A stretch of 64,000 nucleotides of DNA, from NCBI GenBank assembly GCA_002269645.1, contig NIVC01001003.1, positions 248,001 through 312,000 of the forward strand. Reading direction: 5' to 3'. The notes beneath the pieces were generated by a model. It did not search any database and was not told the origin of the DNA. It worked only from the letters and a program-made list of their open reading frames with translations. Shown in pieces: positions 37,711 through 55,900 of the stretch. The first letter of the stretch is position 1; every line of letters starts with the position of its first letter. The DNA comes from Macrostomum lignano (lineage: Eukaryota). Made by a program: the position numbers and the translations under genes.

Positions 37711-38279
37711 CCCCCCCCATTTACGCCTCTGCCTCCTTGTCCAAACGGTGGCCTCAATTCGCCATTGATGTCAACCCCTCCAATTAAATTTCAGATCAAG
37801 CTTGAAAAGTTTGGCAAACTTTTGTGCGGTCAACTGATCCCGCGATCACTCACTGATGTACAAAGTTGACACCTGCAGCTATCATTATAAAAGTTCATAC
37901 GCATCGAGTTAAGATTTAGGTCAGGAGGCAAAGAACATTCATTAGTCAATTTCTGTGTTCAATTCCTATTTTGAAAAGCCATTATTATTTCATAGTTTAT
38001 TAGTCTGTCATTTTACGCGTATTTTCGAATTGATTTCGCCAAATACTCTACTAGTAGTCACTGTACGTTCAGTGCCAAAATGTTATTGAGAAGAAATTTG
38101 TAAATAAATTGAAATAAATTTTTTAATGCTTGATTTTTGTCCCTTGTTGAAGTTTGGGCAATGCAATAATAAAATACAATGATTATTTATTTAAATTATA
38201 CGCTTGTAAATACTTGCTGTAAATCTGCAATAATGACCTCTAGGTACTTACAGTTTGACACCCAGTTACTTTATGGCTC

Positions 38280-38480
38280 ACTCTGACACCCGGTTAGTGT
38301 ACTTTTATAGTTTACTCTGACACCCGGTTAGTGTACTTTTATAGTTCACTCGGACACCCGGTTAGTGTACTTTTATAGTTCACTCGGACACCCGGTTAGT
38401 GTACTTTTATAGTTCACTCGGACACCCGGTTAGTGTACTTTTATAGTTCACTCTGACATCCGGTTAGTGTACTTTTATAG
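38280..38480. repeat. 34-bp minisatellite, about 6 copies
   Basis: ACTC(T/G)GACACCCGGTTAGTGTACTTTTATAGTTC units. Confidence 0.92.
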
Positions 38481-39655
38481 TTCACTCCGGACACCGGTTA
38501 ATGCAGTATTATTGTGTGTCTCACTCCAAAACCAGTTATTATAACAATAATTATAACATATGAGGCTATACTTCAAGTCATGGTAGTATTGACCTAATCA
38601 GCGAAGGTGCAAATTAGGACCCAAAATAGTTCTTTTTAATTGTTCTGCACTTTAATCAGGGACAACTGATGCAGGACGCTTCCGTACATGTATTTCTTCA
38701 GAGCATATAGTATAGCCCATGTACGTGCATACTCGTACATGTATAGACAAACCTAAGGTCAGTGTTTTAGAGTCGCAAAAATTGAGTTATTTCGCTGCTA
38801 TGCTTCTGCTTTTCATACATGTGGATCTAATTTGTTTCAGATCTTTAGCGGAAATCGCACCCCAACACGTGTATTCTGTTGTGTATTAAAAGGATTGACT
38901 GGAAAGTAAAACGGCCCTTTTCAGGGCCACCTTAAGCCACAGATACTAGAGTACACTAAGTAGATGAGCCACTCAGGCAAAAAATAAGCCTTCTGTTTAA
39001 TAAAGGCAGCTGAAATGACTTTGAGTTCAGAAGCCCAAGCTTGCAGGCGTAAACAGCTTGCTAATTGGTTCAGCCATGATCTACATTAGCCAGTCCAACT
39101 GAAATGTACATGGCAGCTTTAGGCTGGAATTCCGAGAAAGGCAATAAAAATTGGGACGGGCAGGGGTTAGTGAGGAAAGGCGCGGTTGGAGGGTTTAAGC
39201 TACGCTGCTACGGGTAAGAGTCAATTAATGAGCTTTTGGTGTTAAAAATACATTAAAATCCTTCTGTTTAACGTACTACTGAACTGAAAGTAGCTTGCAC
39301 GCAAATGTGCTGAGTGGCCCTAATCTATTTTATTCTAGTACATTATCTGTGCCCTAAACGAACATAGCGGTTGAGGCTAAAAAGAGTGGGGGCACAAAAT
39401 ATGCGAAATATGGAGAACACGATGATGCGGTTCTGAATGCTACACTCGTAAAAAAACCGCGCGGAGTAAGAATATCAATCTCTCTGTTCCTACAGTGCCC
39501 GTCTGGCACCAACCAGCGTAAACAGCCCTAGGCTTGCTCTTTCTTTTGAGTCGTTTCCTTCGTGCAACAGATCATACTCTTCCAGTTTAACCAGAAGTAT
39601 AAAGCCGCAGACCAATAAGTATAACAATGAGTAAGCACATTCAACAACTTTCAAT

Positions 39656-40174
39656 CAAGGACGACTTAAGTAGGACAGGAAACCTCGTTTCTTAGAAAAT
39701 TTTAGAAGGCAGGTTTTTCCGAAAAAATACACTACGGAGATAGGAAGTTTTCATTTTTTTCAGCACAAAAAAATTGCTATTGCTTTTGATATGAGGCAGA
39801 TCCAGTGTTCATCTTTGTTTGTTTGTTACAGAGTCAGCTAAGAATGACAAAATAACATCATAAAGTTAAAGAGCAGACCTGTGCCATCTCAATAGTTTTC
39901 AGGCACAAGACACGCGCAAATGTATGTAGAATAAAAAATTCACATAGCATCCTAATTTTCTGAACGAGAAGCTTATTGAATATCGATAGAGCAATAAGAA
40001 AGACACAACATAGCAAAAGATGAACACTGGATCTGCTTCCTATCAAAAGCAAAAGCAATTTTTGTGCTGAAAGAATGAAAACTTCCTATCTCCGTAGTGT
40101 ATTTTTTCGGGAAAGCCGGCCTTCTAAATTTTTCTAAGAAATGAGGTTTTTTTGTCCTCCTAAGACTGGCAAAT
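39656..40174. mobile_element. Second copy of the CAAGGAC palindromic TIR element family
   Basis: Starts CAAGGACGACTTAAGTAGGAC; about 135-bp arms at about 39680-39815 and 40019-40150 are inverted; 39960-40130 is homologous to 9405-9580. Right end and TSD are degenerate. Confidence 0.7.
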
Positions 40175-40239
40175 CTCTCAATTAGATGCATTTTTACAGT
40201 GCCGGATGATTTTAAGACTGGTCCAGTTCCATTTAATTC

Positions 40240-40560
40240 TAAACTGTCAGCTTCCACTGCTTCTGTGCTGAGTCAGCTGATGATGGTAGGCATGACAAGG
40301 ACAGTTGAATGGTGGCATCCTGCTGCTTCAGATTCGGATTGACAGACTGGAGAATCCCTCCTCCGGCATGCACCAGCAGCTGCCTAAATGCTGAGCGAAA
40401 CTTACGAGTATTGCCCAGTCTGAGTCCGTGGCTTTCCTGTACTTGCTGCAACATACACACATATTTACATTCTTCTGTTCGGCCACACAAATGTTCCCAG
40501 GGACTGCCACTGCATGGTTTCGAATCAGCTTCAACATGTGCGACACATCCAAGAAGGCTG
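40240..40560 (-). mobile_element. Degenerate P-element/THAP9-type transposase fragment
   Basis: DVSHMLKLIRNH resembles the D.PHL.K..RN motif, and RKFRSAFRQLLVH resembles the C-terminal QF..A.R.LL motif of P-type transposases. The two pieces are in different frames with a large gap missing. Confidence 0.5.
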
Positions 40561-41689
40561 AAACCTGAATGCCAGGATCTCAGCGCTATCAGTCACTTTT
40601 TTCTCATTACTTTAATTGTCCGTTGGAAAAGTCTGGAAGGACTCCGGGATTCCGGATACAGCGGGAGGCGTCGCGTCGCCGCTAAGTAAGGAGGGACACT
40701 CCCGCCACCACCAGCGGCATCGCTGCATTGTTTGAACAGCCAAACAGCACAGCAAAAGCTGTCATGACTTCCTCTTCTTTTCCCGGCAATTTAGAAGATT
40801 CAGATTGTTATTTCATTTCATTTAAGTAATTATATTTCCAATAACTTTGCTTGTCACTTAAAAACTAGTATAGCATTGCTATTTTGGTCTCTAGTGCCAC
40901 TTTAATGTAGATGTTAATTTAAATAAGGGCAGACAGCTAAAGAAGGGCCAGGGCCAGTCTTCCCCAGGCCACTGATATCGATCGTTTTGGGATGGAGTAG
41001 AGGGGACCATTTTTTGCTTGGTCATTTTTTACAAAAAAAACAGCCCCAGGCAAAGCAATGCTGGATGCGCAGTTTAGTTATACTTATTGTTCTGAGGCTG
41101 GCGCTGCCCTGCAACATCATTTCGAGAAGAACATTTCTTGGAAATAAACCCAACTACACTAAAAAAATTATTCACTGCGCCATAGCAGCGTACACTGAAC
41201 CACGGCCGGAGACAGTAAATGATTGTACATTTGCATGTACACACCGGACAGAAATGTATACGTACATCGAACCATTCATTTCTATAGTTTACTAGTTTAC
41301 TGGCCAATTAGAGTTAATAATTAATTATAGCCGACAATTGGTTGAGGTCAGCATAAAATAACATACATATATTAGAAACCAAAACTTAATTATTACAAGC
41401 CTCTCGATAATTATCTCTTGATAAGCAATCCTCGTTTCTCAGTAAGTTCCAGTTAACAAATTAAAACGAAAAGATTTTGCTCTTCGAAATGAGGCGAGCG
41501 CGAAAGCAAGCCAAGAGAAAATCTGCCAATTCTTCTGGCAAGACTTCGTCTCAATCTCCATCATCGCTGCAGCTAGTGAGTTCCATTGTATATGATATCC
41601 ACTTGTACGATTTCCTGAAATTTTCCTAAAAATTACATGTAATATGTAATATGGGTCACTTTTCCACCCTTTGACACTCTTACCCATCA

Positions 41690-42785
41690 TCTACCACCTC
41701 TTCCCACCCCCTCTCCCACTCTTTTCTCACCCCCTCTCCCACTCTTTTCCCACCCTCTCTCCTACTCTTTCCCACCCTCTCTCCTACTCTTTTCCCACCC
41801 TCTCTCCCACTCTTTTCCCATCCTCTCCCACTCTTTTCCCACCCTCTCTCCCGCTCTTTTCCCACCCTCTCTTCTACTCTTTTCCCACCCTCTCTCCCAC
41901 TCTTTTCCCACCCTCTCTCCCGCTCTTTTCCCACCCTCTCTTCTACTCTTTTCCCACCCTCTCTCCCACTCTTTTCCCACCCTCTCTCCCGCTCTTTTCC
42001 CACCCTCTCTTCTACTCTTTTCCCACCCTCTCTCCCACTCTTTTCCCACCCTCTCTCCCGCTCTTTTCCCACCCTCTCTTCTACTCTTTTCCCACCCTCT
42101 CTCCCACTCTTTTCCCACCCTCTCTCCCGCTCTTTTCCCACCCTCTCTTCTACTCTTTTCCCACCCTCTCTCCCACTCTTTTCCCACCCTCTCTCCCGCT
42201 CTTTTCCCACCCTCTCTCCCGCTCTTTTCCCACCCTCTCTCCCGCTCTTTTCCCACCCTCTCTCACACTCTTTTCCCACCCTCTCTCCTACTCTTTTCCC
42301 ACCCTCTCTCCCACTCTTTTCCCACCCTCTCTCCCGCTCTTTTCCCACCCTCTCTTCTACTCTTTTCCCACCCTCTCTCCCACTCTTTTCCCACCCTCTC
42401 TCCCGCTCTTTTCCCACCCTCTCTCCTACTCTTTTCCCACCCTCTCTCCTACTCTTTTCCCACCCTCTCTCCTACTCTTTTCCCACCCTCGCTCCCACTC
42501 TTTTTCCCACCCTCTCTTCTACTCTTTTCCCACCCTCTCTCCCACTCTTTTCCCACCCTCTCTCCCGCTCTTTTCCCACCCTCTCTTCTACTCTTTTCCC
42601 ACCCTCTCTCCCACTCTTTTCCCACCCTCTCTCCCGCTCTTTTCCCACCCTCTCTCCCGCTCTTTTCCCACCCTCTCTCCCGCTCTTTTCCCACCCTCTC
42701 TCACACTCTTTTCCCACCCTCGCTCCCACTCTTTTTCCCACCTTCTAAAACTCTTTTCCCACCCTCTCCCACTCTTTTCCCACTT
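41690..42785. repeat. 1.1-kb polypyrimidine minisatellite (22-bp core)
   Basis: CTCTCTCCC(A/G)CTCTTTTCCCACC units; source of the proline-rich and GKERE ORF artefacts. Confidence 0.93.
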
Positions 42786-42901
42786 TTTCCGTTCCTCTAA
42801 GTAATTCAAGACTTGCCAATTTTTTTAAAGTTGAAGCATTTATTTCAGTGTTATTTCTTTTACTACAGGCGGAGACGACCGCTGCGCCACCTTCGAGCGA
42901 C

Positions 42902-47484
<4,583 letters not shown>

Positions 47485-47629
47485 ATGCCCTTAATGATGA
47501 GAGCGGAACAGAAAATACTGATCAAGGAGGCGAACGGAGTTGAAAAGTAAATTACAAAGAATAAAAATATCTGAGGAGACACGGACTTGAGACTGAGAGA
47601 GGAAAGACGACAGCGACAGAAGACGCGTA

Positions 47630-50600
47630 TGCAGACAAGGATGAGTGAGGCAGAAGCGGACACAAAGCGAGTGGACACAAACGGGCAAAGAGTGAGGCAG
47701 AAGCGGACACAAGCGGTCAAGGAGTGAGGCAGAAGCGGACACAAACGGGCAAGGAGTGAGGCAGAAGCGGACACAAACGGTCAAGGAGTGAGGCACAAGC
47801 GGACACAAACGGGCAAGGAAGAGTGAGGCAGAAGCGGACACAAACGGGCAAGGACGAGTGAGGCAGAAGCGGACACAAACGGTCAAGGAGTGAGGCAGAA
47901 GCGGACACAAACGGGCAAGGAAGAGTGAGGCAGAAGCGGACACAAGCGGTCAAGGAGTGAGGCAGAAGCGGACACAAACGGGCAAGGAGTGAGGCAGAAG
48001 CGGACACAAACGGTCAAGGAGTGAGGCACAAGCGGACACAAACGGGCAAGGAGTGAGGCACAAGCGGACACAAACGGGCAAGGAGTGAGGCAGAAGCGGA
48101 CACAAACGGTCAAGGAGTGAGGCAGAAGCGGACACAAACGGGCAAGGAGTGAGGCACAAGCGGACACAAACGGGCAAGGAGTGAGGCACAAGCGGACACA
48201 AACGGGCAAGGAGTGAGGCAGAAGCGGACACAAACGGTCAAGGAGTGAGGCACAAGCGGACACAAACGGGCAAGGAAGAGTGAGGCAGAAGCGGACACAA
48301 ACGGGCAAGGACGAGTGAGGCAGAAGCGGACACAAACGGTCAAGGAGTGAGGCAGAATCGGACACAAACGGGCAAGGAAGAGTGAGGCAGAAGCGGACAC
48401 AAACGGGCAAGGAGTGAGGCACAAGCGGACACAAACGGGCAAGGAGTGAGGCACAAGCGGACACAAACGGGCAAGGAGTGAGGCAGAAGCGGACACAAAC
48501 GGTCAAGGAGTGAGGCACAAGCGGACACAAACGGGCAAGGAGTGAGGCAGAAGCGGACACAAACGGTCAAGGAGTGAGGCACAAGCGGACACAAACGGGC
48601 AAGGAAGAGTGAGGCAGAAGCGGACACAAACGGGCAAGGACGAGTGAGGCAGAAGCGGACACAAACGGTCAAGGAGTGAGGCAGAAGCGGACACAAACGG
48701 GCAAGGAAGAGTGAGGCAGAAGCGGACACAAGCGGTCAAGGAGTGAGGCAGAAGCGGACACAAACGGGCAAGGAGTGAGGCAGAAGCGGACACAAACGGT
48801 CAAGGAGTGAGGCACAAGCGGACACAAACGGGCAAGTAGTGAGGCACAAGCGGACACAAACGGGCAAGGAGTGAGGCAGAAGCGGACACAAACGGTCAAG
48901 GAGTGAGGCAGAAGCGGACACAAACGGGCAAGGAGTGAGGCACAAGCGGACACAAACGGGCAAGGAGTGAGGCACAAGCGGACACAAACGGGCAAGGAGT
49001 GAGGCAGAAGCGGACACAAACGGTCAAGGAGTGAGGCACAAGCGGACACAAACGGGCAAGGAAGAGTGAGGCAGAAGCGGACACAAACGGGCAAGGACGA
49101 GTGAGGCAGAAGCGGACACAAACGGTCAAGGAGTGAGGCAGAATCGGACACAAACGGGCAAGGAAGAGTGAGGCAGAAGCGGACACAAACGGGCAAGGAG
49201 TGAGGCACAAGCGGACACAAACGGGCAAGGAGTGAGGCACAAGCGGACACAAACGGGCAAGGAGTGAGGCAGAAGCGGACACAAACGGTCAAGGAGTGAG
49301 GCACAAGCGGACACAAACGGGCAAGGAAGAGTGAGGCAGAAGCGGACACAAACGGTCAAGGAGTGAGGCACAAGCGGACACAAACGGGCAAGGAAGAGTG
49401 AGGCAGAAGCGGACACAAACGGGCAAGGAAAAGTGAGGCAGAAGCGGACACAAACGGGCAAGGAAGAGTGAGGCAGAAGCGGACACAAACGGGCAAGGAA
49501 GAGTGAGGCAGAAGCGGACACAAACGGTCAAGGAGTGAGGCAGAAGCGGACACAAACGGTCAAGGAGTGAGGCAGAAGCGGACACAAACGGTCAAGGAGT
49601 GAGGCAGAAGCGGACACAAACGGTCAAGGAGTGAGGCAGAAGCGGACACAAACGGGCAAGGAGTGAGGCAGAAGCGGACACAAACGGTCAAGGAGTGAGG
49701 CACAAGCGGACACAAACGGGCAAGGAGTGAGGCACAAGCGGACACAAACGGGCAAGGAGTGAGGCAGAAGCGGACACAAACGGTCAAGGAGTGAGGCAGA
49801 AGCGGACACAAACGGGCAAGGAGTGAGGCACAAGCGGACACAAACGGGCAAGGAGTGAGGCACAAGCGGACACAAACGGGCAAGGAGTGAGGCAGAAGCG
49901 GACACAAACGGTCAAGGAGTGAGGCACAAGCGGACACAAACGGGCAAGGAAGAGTGAGGCAGAAGCGGACACAAACGGGCAAGGACGAGTGAGGCAGAAG
50001 CGGACACAAACGGTCAAGGAGTGAGGCAGAATCGGACACAAACGGGCAAGGAAGAGTGAGGCAGAAGCGGACACAAACGGGCAAGGAGTGAGGCACAAGC
50101 GGACACAAACGGGCAAGGAGTGAGGCACAAGCGGACACAAACGGGCAAGGAGTGAGGCAGAAGCGGACACAAACGGTCAAGGAGTGAGGCACAAGCGGAC
50201 ACAAACGGGCAAGGAGTGAGGCACAAGCGGACACAAACGGGCAAGGAGTGAGGCACAAGCGGACACAAACGGGCAAGGAAGAGTGAGGCAGAAGCGGACA
50301 CAAACGGGCAAGGAAAAGTGAGGCAGAAGCGGACACAAACGGGCAAGGAAGAGTGAGGCAGAAGCGGACACAAACGGGCAAGGAAGAGTGAGGCAGAAGC
50401 GGACACAAACGGTCAAGGAGTGAGGCAGAAGCGGACACAAACGGTCAAGGAGTGAGGCAGAAGCGGACACAAACGGTCAAGGAGTGAGGCAGAAGCGGAC
50501 ACAAACGGTCAAGGAGTGAGGCAGAAGCGGACACAAACGGTCAAGGAGTGAGGCAGAAGCGGACACAAACGGTCAAGGAGTGAGGCAGAAGCGGACACAA

Positions 50601-50697
50601 ACTGGCAAGGAGTGAGGCAGAAGCGGACACAAACTGGCAAGGAGTGAGGCAGAAGCGGACACAAACGGGCAAGGAGTGACGCAGAAGCGGACACAAC
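47630..50697. repeat. 3-kb satellite, 32-35-bp units with higher-order periodicity
   Basis: GAGTGAGGCA(G/C)AAGCGGACACAAACGG(G/T)CAAG units; all the SASASLL..RLCP ORFs derive from it. Confidence 0.97.
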
Positions 50698-51127
50698 ACA
50701 TCGAAATTTTCAAAGAAATCGACACTCAAATCGGCAAAAATTCCGCCACGGAGCAGCGGAGCATGGCAAAAAAATAACAAAGAACACTTGCTCTCCTACC
50801 GAAAATATTTTAATTGTATTGTTTTATATCAAACCAAATATATATTATACACTTAACGAATGCTGTGATGTAAAAAAACAAAATACTTTTATATTTTTTA
50901 TTTAAAGTTAAAAAGAACGTTACGGCGACAGTTCTCTATTTATGACAGTATAAATGAGTCAAATGACAGCTAGTGTGAGTGACAGCTATAATGTCCGTGT
51001 ATTGATAGCATCGCTAAAATAACGTGCAAGCCCATAAAGGTGTAAGACGTAATCATCATTCATACGTTAGCTTTTAGTTATGTTTAATAGCTGTCTACGA
51101 CAGGCGATTGAATAAGGAGAAAAGACT

Positions 51128-51950
51128 GAGAAACATGAGGGAGAGGCTCTGAGACATGACGGGAGACTCTGAGACATGACGGGAGACTCTGAGACATGAC
51201 GGGAGACTCTGAGACATGACGGGAAACTCTGAGACATGACGGGAGACTCTGAGACATGACGGGAAACTCTGAGACATGACGGGAGACTCTGAGACATGAC
51301 GGGAGACTCTAAGACATGACGGGAGACTCTGAGACATGACGGGAGACTCTGAGACATGACGGGAGACTCTAAGACATGACGGGAGACTCTGAGACATGAC
51401 GGGAGACTCTAAGACATGACGGGAGACTCTGAGACATGACGTGAGACTCTGAGACATGACGGGAGACTCTGAGACATGACGGGAGACTCTGAGACATGAC
51501 GGGAGACTCTGAGACATGACGTGAGACTCTGAGACATGACGGGAAACTCTGAGACATGACGGGAAACTCTGAGACATGACAGGAGACTCTGAGACATGAC
51601 GGGAGACTCTGAGACATGACGGGAGATTCTGAGACATGACGGGAAACTCTGAGACATGACGGGAGACTCTGAGACATGAGGAAGAGACGCTGAGACATGA
51701 GGAAGAGACGCTGAGACATGAGAAAGAGACTCTGAGGCATGAGGAAGAGACGCTGAGACATGAGAAAGAGACTCTGAGACATGAGAAAGAGACTCTGAGA
51801 CATGAGGAAGAGATTCTGAGACATGAGGAAGAGACGCTGAGACATAAGAAAGAGATTCTGAGACATGAGGAAGAGACGCTGAGACATGAGAAAGAGACTC
51901 TGAGACATGAGAAAGAGATTCTGAGAAATGAGGGAGATTTTGAGACAATA
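51128..51950. repeat. 20-bp minisatellite grading into 21-bp units
   Basis: GAGACTCTGAGACATGACGG to about 51675, then GAGAC(G/T)CTGAGACATGAG(G/A)AA. Confidence 0.93.
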
Positions 51951-52921
51951 CCGAGAGAGGAGCAACACAATAAACAACAAATATAGGTTTTCAATTAAAT
52001 ATTTCACAAAGGCAAGCGACTATTCGTAATGTATAAGACTGTTTGAAAAAACACATAAATAAATACAAGTCCCGTATCAACAAACAAACAAAGCAAAGTT
52101 GAACAAAAATTAAGAGATTGTTTACGAAGAGATCTTCAATAAGATAGCCAGAGAATCAAGATGATATGAACTCTTAGTTATCTGCTATACTTGAGATGGC
52201 TGCAACAACGTAAATACAAATTTCATGTCACTGCAAACAAAGTACAAACGGAAAATGGTTTCTTTTAAGGTGTAAATTTTGCTCTTTTCTTTGGAAATCC
52301 GATTGGGAAACCATCCTATCTCATCACTTACGCGATTTACCTTCGACTCACAACCCTAGGTCACATATTCAACACTTAAGATTCACAACTAACTACCCAA
52401 TCTTTCACAACCCTATAATCACCAATTCACAAACCTATATGTATAATCACCTATTCACAAACCTCACATATAATAACCTATTCACAAACCTATAATCCCA
52501 ATTCACAACCCTATAATCACCAATTCACAAACCTATATTCACCTATCTACAAACTTCTAATATACGATTCACAACCAACTATCCAATCATTCATAACTCC
52601 ATAATCACTTATTCACAGAGTAGCATACGATTCACACAACAACCTATCTCCAATTCGCAACAAAAACACAACAAAAAGCCACACAACAAAAAACAGTTAT
52701 AATGATATGATAGAAATTGATGAGAGCTATAGGATCAATATAAAAACTTTTGTTCGCAGAATACCTTACAAGTTGAGTAAAACGATTAATAAAATTTGTT
52801 GCCTAATAATAATATGTTATAATTTGAGACAATATCAGAGCAGACGAGGAATGAAGCGGCAATATGCCCGCTGAACTGTATAATATGTAGACAGTTCATG
52901 AAGTTGTTACGCTTCGACCCG

Positions 52922-55900
52922 TCAGTGGCTCCCGTTAGCGAGCTTCTCAACGCAATCCACGGCGGCAAGAACCCAAGCCATGGGGCGGTCCCGCTTTGCC
53001 AGCAGTTCGTTGAGCTGCGTTGGAAGGCAATGTGTTGGATATTGTATGCCATTCTCTAACCTCTGAATCAGTGACTAGATCTTTAAGATTTATTGACTAG
53101 ATCAGCATGAGCAATGACCAGATCAGCATAAGCAGCATTAGCAATGACTAGATCAGCATGAGCGATGACTAGATAAGCATGAGAAATGACTAGATCAGCA
53201 TGATTAATGACTAGATCAGCATGAGCAATGACTAGATCAGCATGAGCAATGACCAGATCAGCATGAGCAATGACTAGATCAGCATGATCAATGACTAGAT
53301 CAGCATGAGCAATGACTAGATCAGCATGAGCAATGACCAGATCAGCATGAGCAATGACCAGATCAGCATGCCAGACTTACCTGACCAGACCGGACCACGA
53401 CTCCGTGAGCGGCGGTCAGCTTGGCCTTAGTGGCGGCGATGCCATCCGGCATGACACCGCAGCAGGCGTCCTCAAGCAGCGCGGTGCGGTAGCCCAGCTC
53501 CTGGGCGTGGGCAGCCGTGGATCCGACGCAGACATCTGTGGCCAGGCCGCAGACGATGAGGTCAGAAATTCCCAGTTTGCTCAGTCTGTCGTGCAGGTCC
53601 GTCTTCTTCAGCTTGTTGTTGTCCCAGAATGCCGAGTAGCTGTCTATATCCGGGTCCGTGCCCTTGTACACCTTGGTGTGGTTGCCAGCCAGCTGCAGGA
53701 GGGACGAGACGGACAAAACTGTTCCAGGTGGACACAATCAGTTCCAAACAGACACAGTCAGTTCCAAACAGACACAGTCAGTTCCAAACAGACACAGTCA
53801 GTTCCAACACAGACACAGTCAGTTCCAACACAGACACAGTCAGTTCCAAACAGACACAGTCAGTTCCAAACAGACACAGTCAGTTCCAAACAGACACAGT
53901 CAGTTCCAAACAGACACACTTAGGTCTAAACAGACACATTTCCAAACAGACACAGTCAGTTCCAAACAGACACAGTCAGTTCCAAACAGACACAGTCAGT
54001 TTCAAACAGACACACTTAGGTCTAAACAGACACATTTCCAAACAGACACAGTCAGTTCCAAACAGACACAGTCAGTTTCAAACAGACACACTTAGGTCTA
54101 AACAGACACATTTCCAAACAGACACAGTCAGTTCCAAACAGACACAGTCAGTTCCAAACAGACACAGTCAGTTCCAAACAGACACAGTCAGTTCCAAACA
54201 GACACAGTCAGTTCTAAACAGACACAGTCAGTTCCAAACAGACACAGTCAGTTCTAAACAGACACAGTCAGTTCCAAACAGACACAGTCAGTTCTAAACA
54301 GACACAGTCAGTTCCAAACAGACACAGTCAGTTCCAAACAGACACAGTCAGTTCCAACACAGACACAGTCAGTTCCAAACAGACACAGTCAGTTTCAAAC
54401 AGACACAGTCAGTTCCAAACAGACACAGTCAGTTCTAAACAGACACAGTCAGTTCCAAACAGACACAGTCAGTTCCAAACAGACACAGTCAGTTCCAAAC
54501 AGACACAGTCAGTTCCAACACAGACACAGTCAGTTCCAAACAGACACAGTCAGTTCTAAACAGACACAGTCAGTTCCAAACAGACACAGTCAGTTCTAAA
54601 CAGACACAGTCAGTTCCAAACAGACACAGTCAGTTCCAAACAGACACACTTAGGTCTAAACAGACACATTTCCAAACAGACACAGTCAGTTCCAAACAGA
54701 CACAGTCAGTTCCAAACAGACACAGTCAGTTTCAAACAGACACAGTCAGATCCAAACAGACACAGTCAGATCCAAACAGACACACTTAGGTCTAAACAGA
54801 CACATTTCCAAACAGACACAGTCAGTTCCAAACAGACACAGTCAGTTCCAAACAGACACAGTCAGTTCCAAACAGACACAGTCAGTTCCAAACAGACACA
54901 GTCAGTTCCAAACAGACACAGTCAGTTCCAAACAGACACAGTCAGTTACAAACAGACACAGTCAGTTCCAAACAGACACAGTCAGTTCCAAACAGACACA
55001 GTCAGTTCTAAACAGACACAGTCAGATCCAAACAGACACAGTCAGTTCCAAACAGACACACTTAGGTCTAAACAGACACAGTTCCAAAGAGACACAGTTA
55101 CAGATGGACACAATCAGTTCCAGACGAACATAATCAGTTCCAGACGGACACAAACAGCTCCAGATGGACACAAACAGCTCCAGACGGACACAAACAGCTC
55201 CAGACGGACACAAAATATGAAATACACCAACCTTAAGCTCCGAGTGCAGTTCAGCGCCTGAAGAATTTTGCACGCAATGCCGAGGCCACATTATCTGCTC
55301 GATGGGTCCGTAGGCCTTCGTCTCCAGCACCACAACATCGTTGAGGCCCACTTTGGCTGCGTCCTTGATCTGCAGAGTGGAGGCCGGCCTGGTTTGATGT
55401 AACTTTTAGATTAAAACTTTTTGATGCAAGAGAGGGACACTGAGACAAGATAAAGGCGGACACTGAGACAATATAGATAGGGATATTGAGACTAGATAGA
55501 GGGACACTGAGACAAGATAGAGACGGATACTGAGACAAGATAAAGGGACACTGAGACAAGATAGAGGGGGATACTGAGACAAGATAGAGAGGGACACTGA
55601 GACAAGATAGAGAGGGACACTGAGACAAGATAGATAGGGATATTGAGACAAGATAGATAGGGATACTGAGACAAGATAGAGGCGGACACTGAGACAAGAT
55701 AAAAATACACTGAGACAAGATAAAAATACACTGAGACAAGATAGTGACGGACACTGAGACAAGAAAGACATCTATCAGACTGATAAAAATCCCATTGTTG
55801 AGGCGCTCTCCCACCTTAGACTTGTCGCTTAGCTTCCGCTTAGCCAAGTTGTCCAAAAACGAGATGTGATCAGCTGGGTGCCAGTCGAGGGAATAGATGA

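Noticed and set aside
41671-42809. Proline-rich and charged ORFs upstream of ZC3H
   Set aside because: Polypyrimidine minisatellite; the real exon starts at the acceptor at 42868.
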